DNA from: Mycolicibacterium smegmatis | GTDB lineage: Bacteria > Actinomycetota > Actinomycetes > Mycobacteriales > Mycobacteriaceae | NCBI RefSeq assembly: GCF_001457595.1 | Contig: NZ_LN831039.1 | Span: 5,700,001 to 5,732,000, forward strand | Direction of reading: 5' to 3' | DNA length: 32,000 nucleotides | Shown: positions 16,308-25,754 of the stretch, one piece after another | How the letters are laid out: every line of letters begins with the position of its first letter | Position numbering within the stretch: position 1 is the stretch's first letter | The notes under the pieces: generated by a model | What the model saw: the letters and a program-made list of their open reading frames with translations, nothing else | Databases searched by the model: none | What the model was told of the DNA's origin: nothing | Program-made: the position numbers and the translations under genes

Positions 16308-17224
16308 GAGAACAGCCCCGTGAGCCCGCGCCGGCCCACACGCCTGGTGAGAATGTCGCGCGTGGTGGAGATCCCGAACGGCAGGCGCCGCAACGGCTGG
16401 CTGTGCCGCGACAGCCACGACAGCGTGGTCTCGTCGCAGAAGCCGACCGCACCGTGGAGTTGGTGGCACACCCGGAACACGACCTCGGCGGCCTCGATCG
16501 CCGCCAGGCGCAACGCGAGCGCATCGTCGACGACCTCGGTGGTGTCATGTCGGGTGAGGCCCCACAGCGCGTGTTTGGCGAGGATGTCGACGCCACTGCG
16601 TTCCACCTCGGCGTCGGTGAGCTGGAACTGCACGCCCTGGAACGACGACAGTGTCTGGCCGAACTGCTTGCGCAGGCTCACGTGCGCGACCGTGAGATCG
16701 ACGGCGCGGTCCAGCAGACCCAGCAGCGTCCAACTGCCCAGCACCAGACCGAGCGCCACGTCGCCGGCGCCCTGAGCGTCGATCTCGACGAGGTCCAGTG
16801 CGGTGGTGAACGCCGGCCCGGTCGCGCCGAGGCGAGTGACCGTGCTGCGCGTGCCGTCCAATGTGACGGCGGCCCAGCGCAGATCGAGCCCTGCGAGCGC
16901 GGCTTCGGGTGTACCGTCGGCCACCACGATGAGCCCGTCGACATCCAGATCGGTCGGCCGCGCCAGGCGTTCGGCGACCGGATACGGCAGCGCCCAGTAC
17001 CCGGCGCTGCGGCACAGCGCGGCCGCGGCCTCCAGCGCGTCGGCATCCGATCGCGGGTCCAGGTCCCAGGCCCCGAGCCCGTCGAGTACAGGACCGACCA
17101 GGCCCTGGCGGGCATCGGGTTTGGCCTCGGCCTGTTGCAGCAGTTCGTCGCCGCCCGCGGACTCGAAGGCCCGGAGGGCCTGGTGGCCGAACTCTTCGGC
17201 ATCGTCGGACAGATCGAGAATCAT
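16304..17224 (-). CDS. Acyl-CoA dehydrogenase-fold protein, putative beta subunit of a second heteromeric ACAD
   Basis: The 306-aa product has only the ACAD C-terminal-type region (LRKQFGQTLSSFQGVQFQLTDAE, QLHGAVGFCDE). ATGA overlaps occur at both ends. Confidence 0.75.
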   Translation of the reverse strand: MILDLSDDAEEFGHQALRAFESAGGDELLQQAEAKPDARQGLVGPVLDGLGAWDLDPRSDADALEAAAALCRSAGYWALPYPVAERLARPTDLDVDGLIVVADGTPEAALAGLDLRWAAVTLDGTRSTVTRLGATGPAFTTALDLVEIDAQGAGDVALGLVLGSWTLLGLLDRAVDLTVAHVSLRKQFGQTLSSFQGVQFQLTDAEVERSGVDILAKHALWGLTRHDTTEVVDDALALRLAAIEAAEVVFRVCHQLHGAVGFCDETTLSWLSRHSQPLRRLPFGISTTRDILTRRVGRRGLTGLFS

Positions 17225-18378
17225 CGGGCGGCTCCTGCGAACATGGTGCGCGACAACAGGATGCGCTGCATCTCGATGCTGCCCGAGGACACCGTGGACG
17301 CCTGCGAATAGCGCCAGTGATCCTCGACCTCGGCGCGGAAGTACTCAGTGCGCTGGTCTCCACCGCGCGGCAGCGCCGCGGCGATTTCCATGAGCACCTC
17401 CGCGCTTTCCTGGTCCAGTCGGGTCACCGCGATCCGATAGGCCGCGGAGTCACCGGGATTCACGCGTCCGGTGGCCTGCATCGCCACCACGCGGTACGCC
17501 ATGAGCCGGGCACGACGGCAGTGTGTGAGCATGCGGGTCCACCGGCCGCGCAGTTCGGCGGGCAACTGATCCCATGCGTCGCCCAGCACGTCGGGCGCGG
17601 CCTGCAGCAGGCGCTCGCAGCGCGCGTAGCGGGCGATGCCCACACGCTCGAACGACACCACGTCCTGCACGATCTTCCAGCCCTCGTCGACCGTGCCCAA
17701 CACATCAGCCTCGGTGACCTCGAGATCGTCGAAGAACACCTCGTTGAGGTGATGTGGGCCCATCATGGTGCGGATGGGCCGCACCGTGATCGCCGGATCG
17801 TCCATGGAGACAAGGAAGATCGTCAAACCCTGCTGCTTTTTCTCACCTCTGGACGTCCGCGCCAACAGGAAGCACCACTGCGCCATGGTCGCGTAGGACG
17901 TCCAGATCTTCTGGCCGTTGATACGCCACCCGTCGTCGACGCGCCGCGCCGAGGTGCGCAGCGAAGCCAGGTCGGAGCCAGCCTCGGGTTCGGAAAACCC
18001 CTGGCACCAGATGACCTCGCCGTTGGCGATCGGCGGCAGGTGCTTGCGCTGCTGCTCCTCGGTGCCGTACCGCATGATGATCGGGCCCACCCAGTTGACG
18101 CCCATGTACTGCGCGCCGCGCGGTTCGTGGTGCGCCCACATCTCCTCGCGCACCACGGTCTGTTCCCACACCGATGCATCCCCGCCACCGAACTCCCGAG
18201 GCCACGACATGCACAGCAGTTGCCGTTCGGCCAGGGTGCGGCAGAACTGTTGTGCCACCGCCAGATCGGCGGGGTTGTCGGTGAACGCACCGAGGAAGTC
18301 CGCGGGCACATGCTCGTCGATGAGCGCGCGCAGTTCACCGCGCAACCGGTTGGCGTCCTCGCCCAGATCGAAATCCAC
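17221..18378 (-). CDS. Acyl-CoA dehydrogenase, putative alpha subunit of the second pair
   Basis: The 385-aa product from GTG 18378 (VDFDLGED) has QGFSEPEAGSDLASLRTSA, GQKIWTSYA, EGWKIVQDVVSFERVG and SGSIEMQRILL. The ORF-track extension to 19104 overlaps the CoA-transferase gene in another frame. Confidence 0.9.
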   Translation of the reverse strand: MDFDLGEDANRLRGELRALIDEHVPADFLGAFTDNPADLAVAQQFCRTLAERQLLCMSWPREFGGGDASVWEQTVVREEMWAHHEPRGAQYMGVNWVGPIIMRYGTEEQQRKHLPPIANGEVIWCQGFSEPEAGSDLASLRTSARRVDDGWRINGQKIWTSYATMAQWCFLLARTSRGEKKQQGLTIFLVSMDDPAITVRPIRTMMGPHHLNEVFFDDLEVTEADVLGTVDEGWKIVQDVVSFERVGIARYARCERLLQAAPDVLGDAWDQLPAELRGRWTRMLTHCRRARLMAYRVVAMQATGRVNPGDSAAYRIAVTRLDQESAEVLMEIAAALPRGGDQRTEYFRAEVEDHWRYSQASTVSSGSIEMQRILLSRTMFAGAAR

Positions 18379-18389
18379 TGTCGCCTCTC

Positions 18390-19541
18390 TCAGCCGGCTT
18401 TGTTCTGTGGGCGCACCTCGGCCAGCATGTCTTCGGTGTCGGCACCGAGTTCCGGCGCGAAGCCCCTGACGTGTCCCGGTGTCTTCGAGAACCACGTCGG
18501 CACCCCCGGAAACCGCACCGGGCCGTACTGGGTGTCGACGGTCTCGAACAACCCGACGGCGGCCAGGTGCGGATTGTCGAAGAGCGCGTCGGGGGTGTGG
18601 ATCGGCGCGGCCGGAATCTCCAGATCTTCGAACAGGTCCAGCCATTCGGCCGTCGTGCGTTCCTTGAGTGTCTGTGCCAGCAGGCCGTACACGGTGTCGA
18701 TCTGACGGGCGCGGGCCTCCAGCGTGGCGTACTCGGGGCGGTTCCACGGCGGTTGCACGGCGTCGATGAACGCGTTCCAGTGCTTGTCGTTGTAGATCAG
18801 CGCAGCGATGTGCCCGTCCTTGGTCTCGTACGGCCTGCGGTTGGGCGCGACGGTGCGCGGATACACCGCGGGTCCCAGCGGCGGGTCGAACATGGCGCCG
18901 TTGGCGTGCTCGACGAGCATGAACGCCGCCATGGTCTCGAACATGCCGACCTCGACCTCCTGTCCCTCGCCCGTGCGTTCGCGGTGGAACAGCGCCATCA
19001 TCGTGGAGTACAGCGCGGTCAGGCCCGCGACCTTGTCGGCCATGATGGTGCCGACGTAGGCGGCCTCCCCCGTCAATTGCTTTTGCACTGCGGGAAGACC
19101 ACATTCGGCCTGGATGGTGTCGTCGTAGGCGGGGCGGTCGGCGTCGGGGCCGCGCCTGCCGTAGCCGTAGCAGTTGGTGTAGACGATGCGCGGGTTGATC
19201 GCGGCGACGTCGTCGTAGCCGAAGCCGAGTTTCGCGATGGCCTTGGCCCGCATGGAGTGGATGAACACGTCGGCGTCGGCGATCAGGTCACGCAGGTCGG
19301 CCTTGCCGGACGCGGTCCGCAGATCCAGCACGATGCTGCGCTTGCCACGGTTGACGTTGACGAACACACCGCTGAGTCCCGGCGCCGGGCCGACCGAGAC
19401 GTAGCGCGTGTCGTCGCCCTGCGGGGGTTCGACTTTGATGACGTCGGCACCCATGTCGGCCATGATCTGCGTGCAGTACGGGCCCATCACCATCGCGGTG
19501 AGGTCGATGACACGGACACCCTGCAAGGGACCGCCGGTCAT
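18390..19541 (-). CDS. Family III CoA-transferase (CaiB/BaiF type)
   Basis: N-terminal GPLQGVRVIDLTAMVMGPYCTQIMADMGADVIKVEPP and NVNRGKRSIVLDL are hallmark family III motifs. Confidence 0.9.
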   Translation of the reverse strand: MTGGPLQGVRVIDLTAMVMGPYCTQIMADMGADVIKVEPPQGDDTRYVSVGPAPGLSGVFVNVNRGKRSIVLDLRTASGKADLRDLIADADVFIHSMRAKAIAKLGFGYDDVAAINPRIVYTNCYGYGRRGPDADRPAYDDTIQAECGLPAVQKQLTGEAAYVGTIMADKVAGLTALYSTMMALFHRERTGEGQEVEVGMFETMAAFMLVEHANGAMFDPPLGPAVYPRTVAPNRRPYETKDGHIAALIYNDKHWNAFIDAVQPPWNRPEYATLEARARQIDTVYGLLAQTLKERTTAEWLDLFEDLEIPAAPIHTPDALFDNPHLAAVGLFETVDTQYGPVRFPGVPTWFSKTPGHVRGFAPELGADTEDMLAEVRPQNKAG

Positions 19542-20458
19542 GATCCGACCCCCTGCGCCGCTTGCGCAAAGCTGTAGCGGATGTGCTCCGCGTGCCCGTC
19601 GGGAACCACGGGGAACGTCACCGGTGCCGAGATGTCGCGGATCTCGTCGATGCGTTCACCCACCTGCTCGACGGTCCACGACGGCTGGTACACGCCGGGG
19701 CTCTCGACGAGCGCGGCACGGCCGATACGCCCGGCGATCGCGACGAGGTATTCGCCGGTGACCGAACAGGTTTCGTGTGCGAGCCAGCCGACCGCGGGCG
19801 CCACCAGGTCCGGGCCCATGGGCGGATATGCCGACGTGTCGAGGCCCTCGGCCATGCGGGTCACGGCACCTGGGATGATCGCGTTGCACGTCACGCCGTC
19901 GGCCGCGCCCTCGAGGGCGACGACGTTGCACAACCCGAGAATCCCGGCCTTGGCTGCGGCGTAGTTGACCACACCGTGGTTGCCGTACAGGCCGCCGATC
20001 GACGACGTCAGCACCACACGGCCGTAACCGGCGTCGCACATGACCGGAAACGCCGGGCGCACCACGTGATAGGCACCGCGCAGGTGCACGTCGAGGACCG
20101 CGTCGAAATCGTCGTCACCGAGTTCCCGCAGCGATCCGCGCCGCACGTTGCCCGCGTTGTGGATCAGGATGTCGACGCGGCCGTAGTGCTCGAGCGCGGT
20201 GTCGACGATGGCCCTGCCGCCCGCCGCGGTCGCGACGGAATCGGTCGACGCGACGGCTCGCCCACCGGCGGCGACGATCTCCTCGACCACGGCGTGCGCC
20301 GGCGCCTCGTCCGACCCGTCGCCGGTCAGGCTGACCCCGGCGTCGTTGACCACCACCTTGGCGCCGCGCGCCGCCAGGAGCAGCGCGTACTCGCGGCCCA
20401 GCCCCCGGCCGGCTCCGGTGACCACGGCGACACGGTCATCGAATCTGAGTGCGCTCAC
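19538..20458 (-). CDS. Short-chain dehydrogenase/reductase, MFE-2-like 3-hydroxyacyl-CoA dehydrogenase type
   Basis: The 306-aa product from GTG 20458 has VAVVTGAGRGLGREYALLLAARGAKVVVND, NAG and the YAAAK catalytic motif. A C-terminal extension of about 60 aa is present. Confidence 0.85.
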   Translation of the reverse strand: MSALRFDDRVAVVTGAGRGLGREYALLLAARGAKVVVNDAGVSLTGDGSDEAPAHAVVEEIVAAGGRAVASTDSVATAAGGRAIVDTALEHYGRVDILIHNAGNVRRGSLRELGDDDFDAVLDVHLRGAYHVVRPAFPVMCDAGYGRVVLTSSIGGLYGNHGVVNYAAAKAGILGLCNVVALEGAADGVTCNAIIPGAVTRMAEGLDTSAYPPMGPDLVAPAVGWLAHETCSVTGEYLVAIAGRIGRAALVESPGVYQPSWTVEQVGERIDEIRDISAPVTFPVVPDGHAEHIRYSFAQAAQGVGS

Positions 20459-20474
20459 GTGCCGGAGGTCCCTG

Positions 20475-22313
20475 TCATGAGATCTCCAACCCGTCGAGGT
20501 CACCCTTGTCGCGCCACTGCTTGAGCAGATCGCCGAAGGCGTAGAAGCCCGGGCCGTACGGCTCACCGAGGTGCGAGCGGATGCCCTCGCCGCCACCGCC
20601 GCCTTCGTTGTTGTAGTAGCCCGGCGTGCATTCGGCGTCGAAAGCCGAGTTGTCGACGAAGTTCTCCTTGATGGTTCGGCACCACGCGTCCTGCGCTTGT
20701 TGGCTGGGCTCGACGGTGGTGACACCGCGGTTGAGCGCCTCGGCGATCACGTACGCGATGTGCTCGCCCTGCAGTTCGTAGTTGGCCGAGATGTTGGCCG
20801 AGATGCCCACCTGGGTGAACCCGGTGAAGAACTGGTTGGGGAACCCGCGGCTGGTCATGCCGTGCAACGTCTTGTAGCCGTCGGCCCAGTGGTCGTACAG
20901 CGACACTCCGCCGCGGCCCTTGATGGAGTCGATCGAGAAGCGCCTGCGGATCTCGGTGGTGATCTCGAACCCGCTGGCGAAGATGATGCAGTCGACCTCG
21001 TACTCGTTGCCGTTGGCGACGATGCCGGTCTGGGTGATGCGTTCGACGCCTTTGGTTTCCGATACGTCGACCAGCGTGACGTTGGGCCGGTTGAACGTGG
21101 ACAGGTACTCGTCGTTGGAGCACGGCCGTTTACACAGGAAGCGGTAGTACGGCTTGAGCGCCTCGGCGGTCTGCGGATCCTTGACGAGCTGGTCGACGCG
21201 GCGGCGCAGCCGCTCCATGACCTTGTAGTCCTCTTCCTCCCGGATGACCATGAACTGCTCGGGGGTCATGGACGCCGGATCTTCCAGCGCCATCACACGC
21301 GCGGCGGTGTTGCGCCCCAGTTCGGTCCAGAAGTCGCACACCAGATCCGGCTGTCCGAGCGCCATGCCCTCGAATGTCCATGCGTGGAAGTTGCGCTGGC
21401 GTTCCTTCTGCCAGCCCGGCTGCAGCGTCTTGACCCATTCGGGATCGGTCGGGGTGTTATTGCGCTCGTCGACCGTCGAGGGCGTGCGCTGGAAGACGTA
21501 CAGGTGCTCGGCGTCCCGGCCCAGGTACGGCACCAACTGCACGCCGGTGGCGCCCGTGCCGATCAGCGCGACCTTCTTGTCGTGCAGCTTGTGCAGATTT
21601 CCGGTCGTGTCGCCGCCGGTGTAGGAGTAGTCCCACCGCGACGAGTGGAAGATGTGCCCGCCGAAGTCCTTGATCCCGGGGATGCCGGGCAGTTTGGGCC
21701 GGTTGAACGATCCGGACGCCATCACCACGAACCGCGCGCGGATGTCGTCGCCGCGGTTGGTCGAGATGCGCCAGCGCTTGAGGTCGTCCTCCCACCGCAT
21801 GTCCCTGACCTGCGTGGAGAAGATCGCACCGTCGTAGAGGCCGAAGTGCTTGCCGATGTTGCGGCAGTGCTGGAAGATCTCGGCGCCGTCGGCGAACTTC
21901 TTGCTGGGCATGAACCCGAGCTCTTCGAGCAGCGGTATGTAGCAATAGGATTCATTGTCGCACTGGATGCCCGGGTAGCGGTTCCAGTACCAGACTCCGC
22001 CGAAGTCGCCACCCATCTCGATGATGTGGACGTCCTCGACGCCGGCCTTCTTCAACGACGCGCCGACCAGCAGGCCCGCGAATCCGCCGCCGAGGACCGC
22101 GACGTCGATGTCGATGTCGAGCGAATCGCGCTCGACGTACGGCGTGTGCGGATCGACCTCACCGAACTGCGCGAACCGATCCCTGGTCTCGACGTACTGC
22201 TTGGAACCCTCTGCACGCAGGCGTTTCTCGCGTTCGACGCGATACTTCTCCCGCAGCGCATCGATGTCGATGTCGGTGGGGGTGTCGGTGGGTCCGCAGG
22301 TGGTCTGGCTCAT
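20475..22313 (-). CDS. Type I Baeyer-Villiger (flavin/NADPH) monooxygenase
   Basis: The 612-aa product from MSQTT has the FAD Rossmann VLGGGFAG, the BVMO fingerprint FGGHIFHSSRWD (FxGxxxHxxxWD) and the second Rossmann IGTGATG. The N-terminal extension is about 60 aa. Confidence 0.92.
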   Translation of the reverse strand: MSQTTCGPTDTPTDIDIDALREKYRVEREKRLRAEGSKQYVETRDRFAQFGEVDPHTPYVERDSLDIDIDVAVLGGGFAGLLVGASLKKAGVEDVHIIEMGGDFGGVWYWNRYPGIQCDNESYCYIPLLEELGFMPSKKFADGAEIFQHCRNIGKHFGLYDGAIFSTQVRDMRWEDDLKRWRISTNRGDDIRARFVVMASGSFNRPKLPGIPGIKDFGGHIFHSSRWDYSYTGGDTTGNLHKLHDKKVALIGTGATGVQLVPYLGRDAEHLYVFQRTPSTVDERNNTPTDPEWVKTLQPGWQKERQRNFHAWTFEGMALGQPDLVCDFWTELGRNTAARVMALEDPASMTPEQFMVIREEEDYKVMERLRRRVDQLVKDPQTAEALKPYYRFLCKRPCSNDEYLSTFNRPNVTLVDVSETKGVERITQTGIVANGNEYEVDCIIFASGFEITTEIRRRFSIDSIKGRGGVSLYDHWADGYKTLHGMTSRGFPNQFFTGFTQVGISANISANYELQGEHIAYVIAEALNRGVTTVEPSQQAQDAWCRTIKENFVDNSAFDAECTPGYYNNEGGGGGEGIRSHLGEPYGPGFYAFGDLLKQWRDKGDLDGLEIS

Positions 22314-23482
22314 GCTGTGACGCTCTCGGGTAGGACGGAGGGATGCAGCGGGGCAGGCATGTCGTGCACGGCGGGCAGCACCTCGGCCGCGAACAGCTTG
22401 ACGCTCTCCATGGCTTCCTCGTAGGGCATGGTGCCGAACTGCGGGACGATGGTGACCTCGGAGAACGAGCACGCCTCCTGCGCAGCCTTGAGCTTCTCGA
22501 ACACGGTTTCCGGCGTGCCGATGAGCAGGTTCGACGCGTGGTATCCGGGTGGTCCGCCCTTCTTCTGGTTGCCGACCTCCGACGCGAGCACCGCGGTGGC
22601 GCTGGCCTCACGCGCGGCGTAGGCCTCATAGCCTTTGACGCCCCGGAAGTTCGACGCGTCGGCGAAGCCGTAGTGCACGTTGACGTCGCGGTTGGCCGTC
22701 CAGATCCACTCCTCGGTCTGTTCGATCTCGTCCTGCGAGTTGGTGCAGTACATGAACATGACGTTCTTGGGCTGGCACGGCGGCAGGCCTTCCTCGGCGC
22801 GGAAGGTGTTGACCTTCTTGACCTCTTCACCGGCGTCCGTGATCGGCTTGTTGCCCACGAACAGCGGCACCATGCCGCGCCGCGACAGGATCTCGAGCGA
22901 TTCGGCCGTCGACGACGAACTGTAGATGCGGTCGTACAGGTCGGTGCTGATCGGTTCGGGGCGCAGCGACATCTCGGGAAAGGAGAAGATCTCGCCCTCG
23001 TAGGAGAACCGCTCACCCGAGAATGCGAGCTTGAGGATGTCGAGGGTCTCGTTGAACCGCTGCCTGCTCTCCTCACGTGGTACGCCCACGGCCGCGAACT
23101 CGCCCTTGGACACACCGCGACCGAGGCCGATCGTGGTGTAACGCCCGTTGGAGACGATGTCGAGGTAGGCGATCTGGGTGGCCAGGCGGATCGGGTTCCA
23201 CCACGGCACCACCGCGACGAACGTGCCGAGGCTCACGCGCTCGGTGCGGCCCGCGAAGTATGTCAGCGCCTGAATGGGATTGGGCGTCATGCCGTACGGC
23301 GTGCCGTGGTGCTCGGGAAACCAGATGCCGTCGAAGCCCAGTGGTTCGGCGAGGTCACCGAGCGCGAGCGCGGCCTGCACACACTGGTGGTCCGGTGTTG
23401 CGGGCGGGCGGCTCCAGTCCTCGGCCAGCACCCGCTCCCAGTCGCGGGAGTTCTGTGCTCCCGTACCCAGATTGACTTTCAT
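22310..23482 (-). CDS. Luciferase-like (LLM class) flavin- or F420-dependent monooxygenase/oxidoreductase
   Basis: The 390-aa product from MKVNLGTG has LGFDGIWFPEHHG and GRYTTIGLGRG blocks typical of LLM TIM barrels. ATGA overlaps occur at both ends. Confidence 0.85.
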   Translation of the reverse strand: MKVNLGTGAQNSRDWERVLAEDWSRPPATPDHQCVQAALALGDLAEPLGFDGIWFPEHHGTPYGMTPNPIQALTYFAGRTERVSLGTFVAVVPWWNPIRLATQIAYLDIVSNGRYTTIGLGRGVSKGEFAAVGVPREESRQRFNETLDILKLAFSGERFSYEGEIFSFPEMSLRPEPISTDLYDRIYSSSSTAESLEILSRRGMVPLFVGNKPITDAGEEVKKVNTFRAEEGLPPCQPKNVMFMYCTNSQDEIEQTEEWIWTANRDVNVHYGFADASNFRGVKGYEAYAAREASATAVLASEVGNQKKGGPPGYHASNLLIGTPETVFEKLKAAQEACSFSEVTIVPQFGTMPYEEAMESVKLFAAEVLPAVHDMPAPLHPSVLPESVTA

Positions 23483-24867
23483 GCGTTCTCCTGGAGGTCG
23501 CGGGGTTCTCCGGTCCCCATGTACTTCGACAGTTGGTAGTGCAGGTTGACGGTGCTGCGTTCGCGGTACGGGTTGGGCTTGGTGCCGGGGAATCCCATCG
23601 ACTTCATGCCCTGTTGCACCGCGGCCATGTTGGAGAAGTCCTGCGGCAGCACCGAGAGCCAGTTGGGGCTGTCGGCCGGCGTGTACTCCCATTCCGTCCG
23701 GGGCTCCTGCCCTTTGGGGAACAGCTCGAAGGTGGCGACCTCGAAGATGCACTTGTCGGGGTTGTAGCTGGGGTGCGGTTTGGCGCTGTAGCACAGCGCG
23801 GTGGTCAGGCCCTGTCCGATCTGGAAGTTGGGGAAGATCTGCCACGCGGTGCCTGCCTGGCCCAGGATGTCGGCCGGGATGGTGGGCCAGATGACGCCGC
23901 GGGCCTCGTCGTCGCGGCGGGCCGAGGCCAGCCAGTGCTCGAGCACCTTGTCGGGTGGTGTGCCCTCGGGCAGTTCGTCGACCAGGCGCTTGGCGGCGTT
24001 GACCAGGGTCTCGGTGGTGGTCGCGTTGGTCTGCTCCCACGTGTACATCTGCATCTCGGCGGTGGAGACGCGCGGATCGTCGCCCGTGCCGAGGCGGATC
24101 TTGGACTTGGTGGCCTCCATGTCCTTCGGCGCGTCGTAGCCGATGTTGCTGTGCTTGCCCTGTGCCTTGGCCCAGCCCTTGAACTCACCGAACTTGTTGA
24201 ACTCCGGATGCGTGGTGAACACGTGGTAGGTCTCGTTGAACGCCTCCAGCGCGACCTTCCAGTTGCAGTCGAAGTACAGCCACTTGCGCCACTTGTAGCG
24301 CATGTTTTCCAGACCGAACGGGTCGAGGATCTTGGCCGCGGGAAACAGGTAATCCGCCAACGGTTCCGGGTCCGGGTCCATGTTGATGAACAGCCAGCCA
24401 CCCCACGTGTCGACGTGTACGCGCGGCAGGTGGGTGTTCTCCGGGGTGAGCGTGCCCTGCCAGTCGTCCTGTTCGCGGATGTGGGTGCACGCGCCGGTGA
24501 GATCGTAGGTCCACCCGTGGAACCCGCACATGAACGATTTACGGGTGCGAGCACATGCGTTCTTGGCGCCCGCGGGGGTGTCGACGAGGCGCCTGCCGCG
24601 GTGCATGCAGACGTTGTGGTGCGCGGCAAACGATCCACCCGAGTCGCCGGGCCCCGTGCGCACCACCAGGATCGAATCGTCGAGGATGTCGTAGGTGAGG
24701 TAGCTGCCCACCTCGGGCAGTTCCTCGACGCGCCCGACCTGCTGCCACACCTTGCGCCACAACCTGTCTCGTTCGGCGCGTGCGTACGCCTCGGACGTGT
24801 AGGCCTCGACCCCGATGGTCATGGGCGTCGCGAGTGCCTCGTCGGTCCTGGGTTGCGTATCGGTCAT
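23479..24867 (-). CDS. Rieske [2Fe-2S] non-heme-iron oxygenase, alpha (catalytic) subunit
   Basis: The Rieske motif is CMHRG...CGFHGW (C-x-H ... C-x2-H). The mononuclear iron motif is NETYHVFTTH (H-x4-H). AAGGAG lies upstream of the ATG. Confidence 0.9.
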   Translation of the reverse strand: MTDTQPRTDEALATPMTIGVEAYTSEAYARAERDRLWRKVWQQVGRVEELPEVGSYLTYDILDDSILVVRTGPGDSGGSFAAHHNVCMHRGRRLVDTPAGAKNACARTRKSFMCGFHGWTYDLTGACTHIREQDDWQGTLTPENTHLPRVHVDTWGGWLFINMDPDPEPLADYLFPAAKILDPFGLENMRYKWRKWLYFDCNWKVALEAFNETYHVFTTHPEFNKFGEFKGWAKAQGKHSNIGYDAPKDMEATKSKIRLGTGDDPRVSTAEMQMYTWEQTNATTTETLVNAAKRLVDELPEGTPPDKVLEHWLASARRDDEARGVIWPTIPADILGQAGTAWQIFPNFQIGQGLTTALCYSAKPHPSYNPDKCIFEVATFELFPKGQEPRTEWEYTPADSPNWLSVLPQDFSNMAAVQQGMKSMGFPGTKPNPYRERSTVNLHYQLSKYMGTGEPRDLQENA

Positions 24868-24900
24868 CCCTACTCCTTTTCCGGCTCCTTCTCGCAGCCT

Positions 24901-25746
24901 CTAGGGCTGCGTTATGGCCGCACGGAAGTTGTCGTCTTTGAGGAACAGCGAGGTGTTGTCGGCCCCGAGGTGGGTCCAGCGCAGGTTGAGCCCACCGTCG
25001 ACCAGCAGGGTCTGGCCCGTGACGTAGTTGGACAGATCCGACAGTAGGAACAGGATGGCGCCGGCCTGCTCGTCGGGCGTTCCGCGCCGGCCCATCGCGA
25101 TCGCGCGCCCGTCGCGCTCGGGATCGGCGTCGACATATGTTGCCGAAGCGGCGGTTTCGGTGACGCCGGGTGCGACGGCGTTGACACGGATACCGGCCGC
25201 CGCGAGTTCCACGGCCATGGTGCGCGTGGCGGCGACGATCGCGGCTTTCGCGGTGCCATAGGCGATGTGGAACGGCGCGGTGTTCATACCGCTGATCGAG
25301 GACACCGACACGATCGATCCCGGGTCGCCGTTGTCGCGGATCTCCGCCGCGACGGCCTGGCTCATGAAGAACATCGTCTCGAGGTTGGCGGTGAACAACT
25401 CCCGCCAGTCGGCGCGTGAGACCCGCGTGGCAGGCATCCACGTGGACGGCGCCGCCCCGCCCGCGACGTTGACCAGGCCGTAGAGCCTGCCGTCGGTGCG
25501 CCGCACGGCGTCGAGCACGGTGGCGATGCCGTCATCGGTGGACGCGTCGGCCGCCACGGTCACCACCGAGAGTCCCTTGTCGGCCAACGGACCCACGTGC
25601 GTGTCGAGGTTGTCCTGTGAACGACTGACCGCCACAACCGTGGCGCCCGCCTCGGCGGCCATGCGCGTGACGGTGGTGCCGATGCCGCCGCCACCGGCAC
25701 CCGACACCACCACGATGCGGCCGTCGAGGTTCAGCAGTTTGTCCAT
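24901..25746 (-). CDS. Short-chain dehydrogenase/reductase, first gene of the minus-strand operon
   Basis: VVVSGAGGGGIGT, NVAG and the catalytic YGTAKAA motif are present. Confidence 0.9.
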   Translation of the reverse strand: MDKLLNLDGRIVVVSGAGGGGIGTTVTRMAAEAGATVVAVSRSQDNLDTHVGPLADKGLSVVTVAADASTDDGIATVLDAVRRTDGRLYGLVNVAGGAAPSTWMPATRVSRADWRELFTANLETMFFMSQAVAAEIRDNGDPGSIVSVSSISGMNTAPFHIAYGTAKAAIVAATRTMAVELAAAGIRVNAVAPGVTETAASATYVDADPERDGRAIAMGRRGTPDEQAGAILFLLSDLSNYVTGQTLLVDGGLNLRWTHLGADNTSLFLKDDNFRAAITQP

Positions 25747-25754
25747 GATGCTAT

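Noticed and set aside
15207-16775. 522-aa plus-strand ORF, and similar 300-460-aa plus-strand ORFs across 14521-19577
   Set aside because: All are shadow ORFs opposite the well-supported minus-strand ACAD, crotonase and CoA-transferase genes. They are Arg/Ala/Gly-rich with no motifs.
18379-19104. N-terminal extension of the ACAD ORF (627-aa version). Analogous extensions occur at 16308-16469, 20459-20725, 22314-22472, 23483-24040 and 10258-10653.
   Set aside because: Each extension overlaps the upstream, well-supported gene in a different frame and is Arg-rich low-complexity sequence. Internal ATG/GTG starts that coincide with 4-nt stop overlaps or an RBS give proteins of normal family length.
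20571-22424. 617-aa plus-strand ORF
   Set aside because: It is antisense to the BVMO gene, which carries an exact FxGxxxHxxxWD fingerprint and two Rossmann motifs. The composition is typical of a GC-rich shadow ORF.
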